From assembly GCF_001194135.2 (NCBI RefSeq), contig NC_068983.1:11725987-11758447 (forward strand): DNA of 32,461 nucleotides, read 5' to 3'. The stretch comes from Octopus bimaculoides (Eukaryota). Below the pieces are notes generated by a model that was not told the origin of the DNA, did not search any database, and saw only the letters and a program-made list of their open reading frames with translations. The position numbers were made by a program, and so were the translations under genes. The number at the start of each line of letters is the position of its first letter. The first letter of the stretch is position 1. Positions 1 through 11,430 of the stretch are shown in pieces.

Positions 1-11
1 ATATATATATA

Positions 12-169
12 CGATGGGCTTCTTTCAGTTTTTGTCTACCAAATCCACTCACAAGGCTTTGGTCGGCTAGAGGCTATAGTAGAAGACACTTGCCAAAAGT
101 GCCACGCAGTGGGAATGAACCCAGAACCATGTGGTTGGGAAGCAAGCTTCTTACTACACAGCCACTCCT
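12..169 (-). mobile_element. SINE family A (tRNA-derived, CORE-like), 5' half
   Basis: Reverse complement matches the head of the copies at 850-1260 and 22541-22930: A-box TGGCTGTGTAGT, B-box-like GGTTCATTCCC, and a GGCAC(C/T)TT(G/T)GGCAAGT motif. Ends in (TA)n at the window edge. Confidence 0.85.
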
Positions 170-506
170 GTGCATAATAGAAGCATCATTACTGAATGAG
201 AACACTTAATCAGGACTTATTAAGGACCCTGCTCCTACAGTTGACAAAATACTACCTCAACAGAGAGGAAACATTTTAAACAATATCTAAATAATAGACA
301 TTTAATATATCGGCAAAGACACTCATGAATACATGGCAACTGCTGGCCAATAAATGTGGTCTCCTTTTGTTATTGTAATGATCTCTGCTCTTCTAAACTA
401 GCTAGTTGCCTACAGCCTATGTCCAGGCCCAATTCGAAACACAAGTCACTCATGTTCATACCATCCGTACCATGTTTCAATCCACCCCACTATCCAAGTT
501 TATTAA

Positions 507-713
507 CCCTTTAGCATTTAAATCAGCCATGTATGGCCAAAATATCCTACCTGTTTTATCTTTAAACTAGCCATATCTGGCCTCTCATACACATCCTAAA
601 AGTAAACAATCACATCATCGAAATCTCTAAGCTATGAGATAGTGCACGATCAGTTCAAGACAATGCAAATAAATAAGCATTACATTTGACAGAATAGTCT
701 GAATGCTAAAAGG
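507..713. mobile_element. TTAA-specific non-autonomous DNA transposon (piggyBac-like MITE)
   Basis: TTAA at 503-506 and 714-717 flanks 12-bp TIRs CCCTTTAGCATT / AATGCTAAAAGG (1 mismatch). No coding capacity. Confidence 0.75.
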
Positions 714-849
714 TTAAGCTGAATATAAAGTATATTTATCACAACACTCTTAGAGGGTCTGCAAAAGTCATAGAGACAGCCCTGTTCTCTAGAATTAAAC
801 AATAAAAATCAAAATCAAATAAAGGAAATTCTACCACAACTTTCAATTA

Positions 850-1260
850 CTCTTTTACTCTTTTACTTGTTTCAATCATTTGACTGCGGCCATGCTGGAG
901 CACCACCTTTAGTTGAGCAAATCGACCCCCAGGACTTATTCTTTGGAAGCCTAGTACTTATTCTATCGGTCTCTTTTGCCGAACTGCTAAGTTACGGGGA
1001 TGTAAACACACCAGCATTGGTTGTCAAGCGATGTTGGGGGGACAAGCACAGACACACAAACACAGACATACATACATACATATATATATATATGTGCATA
1101 TATACGACAGGCTTCTTTCAGTTTCTGTCTATCAAATCCACTCACAAGGCTTTGGTCGGCCTGAGGCTATAGTAGAAGACACTTGCCCAAGGTGCCATGC
1201 AGTGGGAATGAACCTGGAACCATGTGGTTGGTAAGCAAGCTACTTACCACACAGCCACTC
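850..1260 (-). mobile_element. SINE family A, full length
   Basis: tRNA-like head with A/B boxes, CCTTGGGCAAGT motif, internal (TA/CA)n tract, and (AAAAGAGT)n-type tail. Confidence 0.9.
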
Positions 1261-1310
1261 TTAATTCCCAATATAATTCAAAATTTGCCAATAATAAAGA
1301 AATATGTAAT

Positions 1311-1943
1311 TCTTTTATTCTTTTATTTGTTTCAGTCAATTGATTGCGGTCATGCTGGAGCACTACCTTGAAAGGTTTTAGTCGAACAAATTGACCCCAG
1401 GACTTATTTCTTAAGCCTAGTACTTATTCTATCAATCTCTTTTGCCAAGCTGCTAAGTTACAGGGATGTAAACACACCAACACTGGTTGTTAAACAGTAA
1501 TGGTGGGGCAAACAGAGAGAGAGAGAGAGAGAGAAACACATGCACACATGTATATGATAGGCTTATTTCAGTTTCTGTCTACCAATTCCACTCACAAAGC
1601 TTTGGTCAGCTTGAGGCTATAGTGGAAGAAACTATGCCAAGGTGCCTCGCAATGGAACTGAACCCTGAACTATGTAGTTGGGTAGCAAGCTTCTTATTTC
1701 TTTATTGCCCAGAAGGGGCTACACACAGAGGGGACAAACGAGGACAGACAAAGGGATTAAGTCGATTACATGGACCCCAGTGTGTAACTGGTACTTAATT
1801 TATTGACCTTGAAAGGATGAAAGGCAAAGTCGACCTCGGCAGAATTTGAACTCAGAACGTAACGGCAGACGAAATACTGCTAAGCATTTCGCCCGGCGTG
1901 CTAACGTTTCTGCCAGCTTGCAAGCTTCATAGCACACAGCAAC
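1311..1943 (-). mobile_element. SINE family A, interrupted by a family B SINE
   Basis: Colinear with 850-1260 and carries an internal (GA)n tract. The head is split at about 1693 and resumes at about 1922. Confidence 0.8.
1694..1921 (-). mobile_element. SINE family B (tRNA-derived)
   Basis: Matches 14742-14971 and 31498-31689. B-box-like AGTTCAAATTC. TSD GCAAGCTTC at 1685-1693 and 1920-1928. Confidence 0.9.
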
Positions 1944-2377
1944 GTCTGCACTGTAATATTTTAAAATATCATTTGTAATATTTAGCAGTAACAATACAGA
2001 CAAAATAATACAAAGAGTATATACAGGATACCTAAATTGATTTGTTATTACATTCATATGATGTTAAAAGTTATCAACATAAATTTAGAATGTAGACAAA
2101 TTATATTAAAATTTAGAAGATGAGAAAAGATTTCATTCTTTAAATGTTACATGTAAGGAAATATTTTTTCAAGTGAGAGTGAGTGACATTGTAGGTATTT
2201 TCAAAGGTGCAAGCTAATCTACAACCAGAACTTAATTTAATCTTCAGATTTAATCTAGGATCAATAATAGCCATATACATCACTTTTAGAGGATTAAAAA
2301 AAAAGACTGGTTGCGAAATGCATTTAACTCCTCCCAGTAAAATAACATGCCAGCAGCAAATGCATTCTTTCACTTAA

Positions 2378-2387
<10 letters not shown>

Positions 2388-2416
<29 letters not shown>

Positions 2417-2737
2417 NNNNNNNNNNATATATATATATATATAGATAGATATATAAACACAAAAAGGTTTTATTTCACCTTTGCTAAATTAACAGTTTTC
2501 ATGTGAGCACAGGTATACATAAAGATACATATAAAAATACAGATAAAATCTATTCACTTGCATGTCTGTCTGTTTCTATCAGCACATACACCCATACACA
2601 CAGACATATATATACATATAAACATAGATATATATATGCAACAATATCTATCTATATATAAATTGATTTTAATTGAGTTTTTACCTGTAATTCTGGATTT
2701 TGTCCCTAATATTATATATATATATATATATATCCAT

Positions 2738-2776
<39 letters not shown>

Positions 2777-2855
2777 NNNNNNNNNNNNNNNNNNNNNNNN
2801 NNNNNNNNNNNNNNNNNNNNNNNNNNNNNNNNNNNNNNNNNNNNNNNNNNNNNNN

Positions 2856-2894
<39 letters not shown>

Positions 2895-3137
2895 AAAACA
2901 GAAAATGGTGAAGTACTGATTAACAACAATTGACTTACATCAATTGTTATTTATTAATTCAATGCAAATAAACTGCATCCCACCTAACAGCTGTATTCCT
3001 TCCATTTTCTTCTTGCCGTATATACACACATATATATATACATACATACATATATACACAAATATATATACATACACACACACACACATACATACATATA
3101 TATACATACATATATGCACATATATACACATATATAT

Positions 3138-3186
<49 letters not shown>

Positions 3187-3358
3187 CATATAGATATACA
3201 TAAATATATACATATGTATATATACACACACATATATATACATATATACATACACACATATATACATATACGTATATATATATACATATATATATACATA
3301 TACGTATATATATATACATATATATATACATATACGTATATATATATACATATATATA
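2388..3358. repeat. (TA)n, (CT)n and compound TA/CA microsatellites around assembly gaps
   Basis: Direct inspection. N runs at 2417-2426, 2777-2855 and 3359-4202. Confidence 0.9.
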
Positions 3359-4202
3359 NNNNNNNNNNNNNNNNNNNNNNNNNNNNNNNNNNNNNNNNNN
3401 NNNNNNNNNNNNNNNNNNNNNNNNNNNNNNNNNNNNNNNNNNNNNNNNNNNNNNNNNNNNNNNNNNNNNNNNNNNNNNNNNNNNNNNNNNNNNNNNNNNN
3501 NNNNNNNNNNNNNNNNNNNNNNNNNNNNNNNNNNNNNNNNNNNNNNNNNNNNNNNNNNNNNNNNNNNNNNNNNNNNNNNNNNNNNNNNNNNNNNNNNNNN
3601 NNNNNNNNNNNNNNNNNNNNNNNNNNNNNNNNNNNNNNNNNNNNNNNNNNNNNNNNNNNNNNNNNNNNNNNNNNNNNNNNNNNNNNNNNNNNNNNNNNNN
3701 NNNNNNNNNNNNNNNNNNNNNNNNNNNNNNNNNNNNNNNNNNNNNNNNNNNNNNNNNNNNNNNNNNNNNNNNNNNNNNNNNNNNNNNNNNNNNNNNNNNN
3801 NNNNNNNNNNNNNNNNNNNNNNNNNNNNNNNNNNNNNNNNNNNNNNNNNNNNNNNNNNNNNNNNNNNNNNNNNNNNNNNNNNNNNNNNNNNNNNNNNNNN
3901 NNNNNNNNNNNNNNNNNNNNNNNNNNNNNNNNNNNNNNNNNNNNNNNNNNNNNNNNNNNNNNNNNNNNNNNNNNNNNNNNNNNNNNNNNNNNNNNNNNNN
4001 NNNNNNNNNNNNNNNNNNNNNNNNNNNNNNNNNNNNNNNNNNNNNNNNNNNNNNNNNNNNNNNNNNNNNNNNNNNNNNNNNNNNNNNNNNNNNNNNNNNN
4101 NNNNNNNNNNNNNNNNNNNNNNNNNNNNNNNNNNNNNNNNNNNNNNNNNNNNNNNNNNNNNNNNNNNNNNNNNNNNNNNNNNNNNNNNNNNNNNNNNNNN
4201 NN

Positions 4203-4433
4203 GGCACATAAAAGACACCATTTCGAGTGTGGCCGTTTTCGTGTGTGTGACACGTAAAAGCACCCACTACACTCTCTGAGTGGTTGGCATTAGGAAGGGC
4301 ATCCAGCTGTAGAAACTCTGCCAAATCAGACTGGAGCCTGGTGTTGCCATCCGGTTTCACCAGTCCTCAGTCAAATCGTCCAACCCATGCTAGCATGGAA
4401 GCGGACGTTAAACGATGATGATGATGATGATGA
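4203..4433 (+). mobile_element. RTE LINE family E, 3' UTR end with (GAT)n tail
   Basis: GGAAGGGCATCCAGCTGTAGAAA motif and ...GGACGTTAAAC(GAT)n tail. About 97% identical to 12567-12796 by hand alignment. Confidence 0.85.
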
Positions 4434-4454
4434 TATATATATATATATATACAT

Positions 4455-4565
4455 ACATATTTTTTGTCTCCTTGGTTCTTTCCGTGTTCCTTTCTGTAGA
4501 AGAGCGTAGGCTCGAAACATTAAAGACTTTCTCAGTTCCCGAGCATTATATTAATACATCTATTT
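4455..4565 (+). mobile_element. probable Penelope-like element terminal remnant
   Basis: Short repeat-like segment beside (TA)n carrying a minimal hammerhead-like motif. The PLE assignment is inference. Confidence 0.4.
4490..4525 (+). ncRNA. decayed minimal hammerhead ribozyme-like motif
   Basis: CTTT-CTGTAGA-A-GAGC(GTAG)GCTC-GAAA-CATT-AAAG. Stem I is CTTT/AAAG and stem II is GAGC/GCTC. The core deviates from CUGANGA, and stem III ACAT is a probable CpG decay of ACGT. Confidence 0.35.
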
Positions 4566-5615
4566 GCACGTCGGAATGTAGCTTTCTTGACAGGACAGGT
4601 TGGTTGTGCAAGGTTGGCCTGATTAGCTGCCCTCTTCCTTGCTAGTAATTCTTGGATCTCCTTGTCATTATCATCGAACCAGTCCTTGTTGTCATTCTTT
4701 GTGTGCCCAAGAACTTCCTCAGATGTCTTAAGGATGGCTGATTTCAGGTTCTCCCACAAGATGTCTGTGGTGGTGTCATCAGTGCGAGGGGATTCGTCTA
4801 GCTTTTTCTGCAGTTCTGCTTGGAACTTGACTTTCATTTCCTCCTGGCACAGGCTGCCGATGCTGAGTTTCTTCACAGTGTTACCTTTCTTCTTGGGTTT
4901 GGGTTTGAGCTGCAGCTTGGGCTTACAGCAGACAAGGCGATGGTCAGTGTGGCACTCTGCACTGGGCATCACTCTTGTGTGTAGAACGTCTTTCAGGTCC
5001 CACTGGCGCACAAGCACATAGTCAAGTAGATGCCAATGTTTGGACCGAGGATGCCTCGAAGTTGTTTTCAGACAGTCTTTCTGTTGGTAGGTTTTGTTGG
5101 TAATAGCAAGTTGGTGCTCTGTGCAGAACTCGAGCAGGAGGCACCTGTGTCTTCCAAAGAGTCCTTTCCAAGCCTCAGAGTCCCTCCCAGCTCTTGCATT
5201 GAAGTCGCCAAGGATCAGGACCTTGTCGTTTGCAGGAGTGTTGCTCAAAAGTCTGCGCAGATCAGAATAGAAGCAGTCTTTGTCCGCAGGATCTGCCAGT
5301 AGAGTTGGAGCATAAACACTGAAGAGCATGAGATGTTGTTTGCTCTTTAGTGGTAGGCATATGGATATGATGTGGTCCGAGTGGCACGTGGGTAACGTTT
5401 CCAGTTTGGAGGTGATGGAATTCCTCACCATGAGTCCTACACCTGCCATGCGTCTTCCATATGATGGTTTCCCAGACCAGATGAGGGTGTAGCCAGCACC
5501 GCGTTCTTTGAGGCTGCACTCGTCAGCAAAACGGACCTTGCTGAGAGCTGCTATTTCAATGTTGAACATAGGTGGTGCTTTTTCTGCCAGGGTACAACAC
5601 CTGCAGGCTTTCACC
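4566..5615 (-). mobile_element. RTE-clade (BovB-like) LINE fragment: AP endonuclease and linker
   Basis: ORF 4532-5617 has [47 protein letters not shown] and WFDDND. No RT domain is present. Confidence 0.92.
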
Positions 5616-5617
5616 AA

Positions 5618-5700
5618 TTACATACATATATAAACATATGAATATATATATACATACATATACATACATATATATGCATACATATATACATACATATATA

Positions 5701-5740
<40 letters not shown>

Positions 5741-5741
5741 C

Positions 5742-5777
<36 letters not shown>

Positions 5778-5825
5778 ATACACATACATACATATACATA
5801 TATATATACATATATATGTATATAC

Positions 5826-5873
<48 letters not shown>

Positions 5874-5892
5874 GCATATATATATATATATA
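5618..5892. repeat. compound (TA)n/(TACA)n microsatellite
   Basis: Direct inspection. Followed by the gap at 5893-6519. Confidence 0.9.
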
Positions 5893-6519
5893 NNNNNNNN
5901 NNNNNNNNNNNNNNNNNNNNNNNNNNNNNNNNNNNNNNNNNNNNNNNNNNNNNNNNNNNNNNNNNNNNNNNNNNNNNNNNNNNNNNNNNNNNNNNNNNNN
6001 NNNNNNNNNNNNNNNNNNNNNNNNNNNNNNNNNNNNNNNNNNNNNNNNNNNNNNNNNNNNNNNNNNNNNNNNNNNNNNNNNNNNNNNNNNNNNNNNNNNN
6101 NNNNNNNNNNNNNNNNNNNNNNNNNNNNNNNNNNNNNNNNNNNNNNNNNNNNNNNNNNNNNNNNNNNNNNNNNNNNNNNNNNNNNNNNNNNNNNNNNNNN
6201 NNNNNNNNNNNNNNNNNNNNNNNNNNNNNNNNNNNNNNNNNNNNNNNNNNNNNNNNNNNNNNNNNNNNNNNNNNNNNNNNNNNNNNNNNNNNNNNNNNNN
6301 NNNNNNNNNNNNNNNNNNNNNNNNNNNNNNNNNNNNNNNNNNNNNNNNNNNNNNNNNNNNNNNNNNNNNNNNNNNNNNNNNNNNNNNNNNNNNNNNNNNN
6401 NNNNNNNNNNNNNNNNNNNNNNNNNNNNNNNNNNNNNNNNNNNNNNNNNNNNNNNNNNNNNNNNNNNNNNNNNNNNNNNNNNNNNNNNNNNNNNNNNNNN
6501 NNNNNNNNNNNNNNNNNNN

Positions 6520-6826
6520 GCTGGATGCCCTTCCTAATGCCAACCACTCTGAGAGTGTAGTGGGTGCTTTTACGTGCCACCGGCACGAAGGCCAGTCAGG
6601 CGGTACTGGTAACGGCCACGCTCAAAATGGTGTATTTTATGTGCCACCCGCACAAGAGCCAGTCCAGGGGCACTGGCAACGATCTTGCTTGAAAATCCTT
6701 ACACATGTCACGGGCACAAGTGCTAGAAAGGCGACGCTGGGCACAGGTGCTATCCCGATTTCGCTTTCCCCAATAAGTCTTCGCAAGCTGAGTTTCGTGT
6801 CCAATGAAGGAGACGACATTGGCAAT
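6520..6826 (-). mobile_element. RTE family E 3' UTR copy (tail lost in gap)
   Basis: Colinear with 29822-30130 and contains tandem modules. Confidence 0.85.
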
Positions 6827-6834
6827 AGGTTACT

Positions 6835-8500
6835 CTATTGACTACCACAGCCTGGCTTCCGTCTTTCAAGGAGTCACGCAACCTCTCTCCAAGTTTCCTG
6901 GCTATGCTGAGTCTCCATAGCTTGTGACATATCATTCCATGATCAACTTTATCAAAGGGCCTTGTGAAGTTGATATATATCATATCCATGTTTGAGCAAT
7001 TAATTTGTTTGAACATCCAGACATAGTGCTGCAAAAGCTATGTAAGACAACTTCTTCCTGAGCGGAAGCCATGGTAGGTATCAGGAAGCTTGTCATTATC
7101 TTCAAGGAACACAATTAGTTTCTTCCTGACAGTGCATTTTACGACTCTGCTCTCACGGGAGGTTAGACAGGCAGGTCTATAATGTTTAGCATTTGCTTTG
7201 CTACCTCCCTTATGGACAGGGTATATTATGCCTTCCTTTAACTGTTTGAGAAGTCTTCCAGTTGCAAGTAAGCTGTAGAAGAGAACCTGAAGTGGTCTTG
7301 TTAGTGCCCCTTTGCATTTCTTTAGGAGGATTGCTGGGAATCCATTAGGGCCTGTGGCTGAGTTTGAGCTCATTTCATCAATGGCCAGTGTTACAACTGT
7401 TCTTTCTATTTTGATGCTATGAATAATTGCTGTTTCTATGTGTAGAGCTGTGGTGCCAAAGAACTCATCAGGTTTAGCAACTTGTAAGTGCCTCAGTGAA
7501 ATGGTCAAAACACTCCTGTATTGCACATACAGTATTTCAATGATCCTCAGTGGGTCTGCAGTCAGCAAGCCATTTTCTTCAAACAGTGACCCTAATTATA
7601 CCGCACTAAAGCAGTGTGTTTTCCATATCTATAGAAAACTTTGGGCTTTGTCTTAATTTTTCTGACAGCCCTGACTTCTTTTTCTGCCCTCTCCTTTTCA
7701 TGGGAGTGTTTGAGTTCATTTTCGGTCTTGAGCAATATTTGTTTGAGATAAGATCGTTTGTTATCCTTTCGTGGCCCATTTAGATGATTTGAAATTTTTG
7801 TTCATCATCTCATTAGAATCCTCCTATGCCTGAGAATTAAATTTTTCTGTTGGTGTGGCATTCTCTCTGGAATAAACTTATTGCATCTTTATGTCAATAT
7901 CTTGCATAGAGAGGGTGGTAGACCAGTTTTGTTCCATGACCTCTTTCTTGAACAATCAGCTTTGTGAAAGTTCAGGCTGGACAGGAGTTGGGTGCTTCTA
8001 GCAGCCTGCCTGCATGTCTGTAGTCTTCTGTGGACCATACATTGTTAGCTCTATTAAATTATGCTCTGAGAAAATTGTCAGTGTCACCTTAACGTTACGG
8101 ATGAAAGCTGCATTGTGAAACAGACATCTAGGATATTTTTTCCCCTTGTTGGGTGGAATACTATTTGCTCCATAAAGAGCATGTTTGTGATATAGGTAAA
8201 GAAACTCTCAAACAGGACAACCATATAAGCTCATACATTACAACTCTGGGCCAAATATTTCCTCTATCATCCTGAATGTTCAGTCTTGTTGCACATCTCA
8301 TCTCTCTTGATGCAATGGCTTATTTTCTCAGTGGCTTCTGATAATTTTATTTCAACGTTTTTTTTCTACCTTAACAATTACCCAAAGGCTTCTGAACAAC
8401 AAGTAGATCCAACGAATCTTTCAACACCTATCTTTACAGAAAATTATTTCACCCCATAACCATTGTTTTCACAGAGTTCAACCAACTCACTCTATTTTCT
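6835..8500 (-). mobile_element. decayed CR1/L2-group LINE: endonuclease C-terminus to RT N-terminus
   Basis: Translations include HPTRGKNILDVCF and SEHNLI (EN), and ATGPNGFP, YRPACLTS, HGFRSGRSCLT, IYINFTRPFDKVDH (RT). Multiple stops and frameshifts; truncated at the family E copy. Confidence 0.85.
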
Positions 8501-8519
8501 GTCTATATATATATAGGCA

Positions 8520-8935
8520 TTGTTGCCAGGGGTGTAGCCAGCCCACTTATGCGTTCCTTATCGTTCCTTCATTGGACACTAAACTCCCCTTGCGAAGACC
8601 TGTTGAAGTAAGTAAAATCGAAATCAAACTAAATTCGACGACTGGCTCCCATGCCAATGTCTCCTTCATTGGACATTAAACTCGGCATGCGAAGACCTGT
8701 TGGAGCAAGCGAAAGCGAAATTGTGATGGCACCTGTACCAGTGGAGCGCTAAGAGCACTGTTCGAGCGTGATCATTGCCAGAGCAACTGTCTGGCTTCTG
8801 TACTGGTGGCACATAAATAGCACCATTTGAGTGTGATCGTTACCAGCGTCGCCTTCCTGGCACTTGTGCCGTTGGCACGTGAAAAGTCATTCGAGCAAGA
8901 TCGTTGCCAGCGCTGCTGGACTGGCTCCTGTGCAA
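8520..8935 (+). mobile_element. RTE family E 3' UTR, upstream modules
   Basis: Duplicated CCTTCATTGGACA..AAACTC...GCGAAGACCTGTTG block followed by roughly 60-70 bp modules shared with the other E copies. Confidence 0.8.
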
Positions 8936-9449
8936 AAAATTTTTATCAGTTGAGCAGCTTTTGTTCAAAGGACCAAGGAAAATATTACCTTACTTGGAAA
9001 CAAGTGAGAGCTGATAAGAGAAAAAGCATCCAGGTGTAGAAAAAAAATATATATGTGTGTGTACATGCATAAACACACACATTTATATGTTTGTTTAATC
9101 CCCATTTTTCCATGCTAGCATGTGTTGGATGGGAACTTGTTTGAGGCTTAATTTTGCTGCTTGTTGCTGTCATAGATCTTAACATGCATTTAAAATTCAG
9201 GATATTTTATGCTATAGGTCTTTAAAAGCACAAAATGACCAGTGAAGGATGAAAGTGTTATATGCAAGCTGGAAAAAGAGCTTAAAATCTATAATTGAAG
9301 ACTTGAATATTAAGTCTTGTCCTGAATATCAATTCTCAACCATTCTTTTAGTATCTTTATTTCAGATACACACAAGAAAGTATAATCAGATTTTTAAACA
9401 TAAATCAAAAAATTAAGACTTCTGGTGCTTAATAAGAAATATTACATTA

Positions 9450-9770
9450 TTAGAAAAACTGCACTTGATAAAGTGAAAACTGTCTTTTAAATTCTTATAG
9501 ATATGACCTTTGATCTGCTATGCCGAAAGTAATATATAATTGAAAGGTATATATGTTTGCTAAATAGCTGCCCTTGATAAAAAGAAAACTGACCTTTAGG
9601 ATCTCAAGGCCATGATAGTACTCTGTTAGGCTGAAAGTGATGCATAATTTAAATATAAATATGTTTGCTCAATAACTGTACTCGATAAAAAGAAAATTGA
9701 CTTTTAGGATCTCAAGGTCAATTACTTTACCATTTGCTGTGTTGAAACTGATACATAATTTATGGAAGTT
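9450..9770. repeat. degenerate ~108-bp tandem repeat, about 3 units
   Basis: ATATGTTTGCT at 9551 and 9659, each followed by GATAAAAAGAAAA(C/T)TGAC(C/T)TTTAGGATCTCAAGG. A weaker unit lies at about 9455. Confidence 0.7.
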
Positions 9771-10059
9771 TAATAATGCATAGTGTTGTTTAGACAATTA
9801 GAATTGAGCCAGAAAGATAATTCTGTGATACAAGCAATTACCCATCGTTGAATAATTTATAAAATAACAATTTGAGATAACCTTAAATCTCATTTAGTCC
9901 AGTTGTTTTCAACCTTTTGTAGCTCATTGTCTCCTTTCTACCAAATATCATTTTACAGATACCTCTTTCCTACATCTTCAGGTTTAAAATAAACATGAAT
10001 AAGAAGAGCAACAGATGATTTTTAATCAAAAAAGAAGCTAATTTTGAAATTGCAATGCA

Positions 10060-10480
10060 GAGCTTACCTCCCAAACACATGGTTCCAGGTTCAGTCCCAC
10101 TGTGTGGCACCTTGTGCAAGTGCCTTCTACTATAGCCTCAGGCTAATGAAAGCCTTGTGAGTGGATTTGGTAGTTGGAATCTAAAATAAGCTGTCGTGCA
10201 TATATATATAATGTGTGTGTGTGTGGAGGCGTGTGGCCTAGTGGTTAGGGTGTCAGCACCATGATCGTAAGATTGTGGTTTCGATTCCTGGACTGGGCGA
10301 TGTGTTGTGTTCTTGAGCAAGACACTTCATTTCACATTGCTCCAGTCTACTCAGCTGGCAAAAATGAGTAACGCTGCGATGGACTGGCGTCCCATCCAGC
10401 TGGGGAATACATAGCCATTGAAACCGGGCCCATAAGCCTGGCTAGGCTTTAAAAGGGCGCATTTATTATTATTTTATATG

Positions 10481-10516
<36 letters not shown>

Positions 10517-10610
10517 CTTTTGTGTCTGTGTTTGTCCTCCCATCACTGCTTGACAACCAGTGCTGGTGGGTTTCACTACCTTCCCTGATTTCATGTAAAA
10601 GAAAGACAAA
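10060..10610 (+). mobile_element. SINE family A, split by a family C SINE
   Basis: Head at 10060-10200 and 3' part at 10505-10610 flank the insertion, which sits in the internal microsatellite. Confidence 0.75.
10225..10474 (+). mobile_element. SINE family C (tRNA-derived, CORE-like)
   Basis: A-box TGGCCTAGTGG and B-box GGTTTCGATTCC. TTCTTGAGCAAGACACTT...CTCAGCTGGCAAAAATGAG resembles the CORE domain (recall). (TTA)n tail. Confidence 0.8.
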
Positions 10611-11430
10611 CTATGTTGCGATGACAACAGGGTACATGAAACATGTGTTTTGCCATCACTTTGTACAATATTATGTCCTTGGTAAGATTTAATATCTCTA
10701 CATGAGCAGCAAAAATCATATCTACAAGTCAGAACAGAATATGGATGTGAGACGATTCACTTGTTACCATTGAATGGAATATCCATAACATCTATAAACC
10801 TCCAAAAGTAACACCTTTCATGACCAGATTCATAATTGAAATAACCTTCTGGCAATGGAGCAACTATGAAAAAAAAATGGGGGTAGTTAAACCAACTGAC
10901 TGTGACTATCATTTGCAACGTCTCTAAAGTGAACATAACTAACCACTCTTAGTCAGTGGCAGGCACTATTTAGTTTCTCATCATGTCTTTGATGTTTATA
11001 CAGATAATCATCCTCACCTTTTCAGAATATGATAATATTACAAGGCGTCAGAGGCTTTCTTAGATACACAAAACAATTTGTCATCTGAGTTCATGAGGAT
11101 AGATAATTGAGTCCCTGTCTAGAAGTAAAGACGATCACCTCTGAAATAGTCGCATGTGTTGGAATAGTGGCAGTAGGGATGGTCACTTTCCAATATGGCC
11201 GTGTTAGTTTATCAAAAGCATTATGAAAAATAGTCATGTAATTATGAGCATGCAACATCACCTGAAATTCAAACACAGTTCTTTCTCTGATCATTAGAAT
11301 ATTTCTGTAACACTGCTTAACCCGCTGTTGGTCACCAACCATAACAGGAACCTGGAGGTACTTCAATTCTTCATTAGGTAGGAGCCTCTGAATATCAGCA
11401 GCCAACCTTCTTGCACAAAGCATGCAGTAT
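10600..11430 (-). mobile_element. decayed Helitron Rep domain remnant
   Basis: TVFEFQVMLHAHNYMTI resembles the Helitron EFQKRGLPHAH motif. VDMIFAAHVEILNLTKDIILYKVMAKHMFHVPCC resembles IDxxIxAEIP...LYxxVxxxMxHGPCG. Confidence 0.55.

Noticed and set aside
2926-2949. 9-bp hairpin AACAATTGA-CTTACA-TCAATTGTT containing a minus-strand GTAAGT donor
   Set aside because: AT-rich and short. No convincing acceptor or coding frame upstream, so compatible with chance.
2558-4360. Long Y/I/H/T-rich ORFs in the track (also 5556-6841, 18830-20283, 30831-31663)
   Set aside because: They are translations of TA/CA microsatellites and N gaps, not genes.
10225-10300. tRNA-like sequences (also the heads of families A, B and D)
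   Set aside because: A/B boxes are present but there is no convincing cloverleaf, and they run into SINE bodies.
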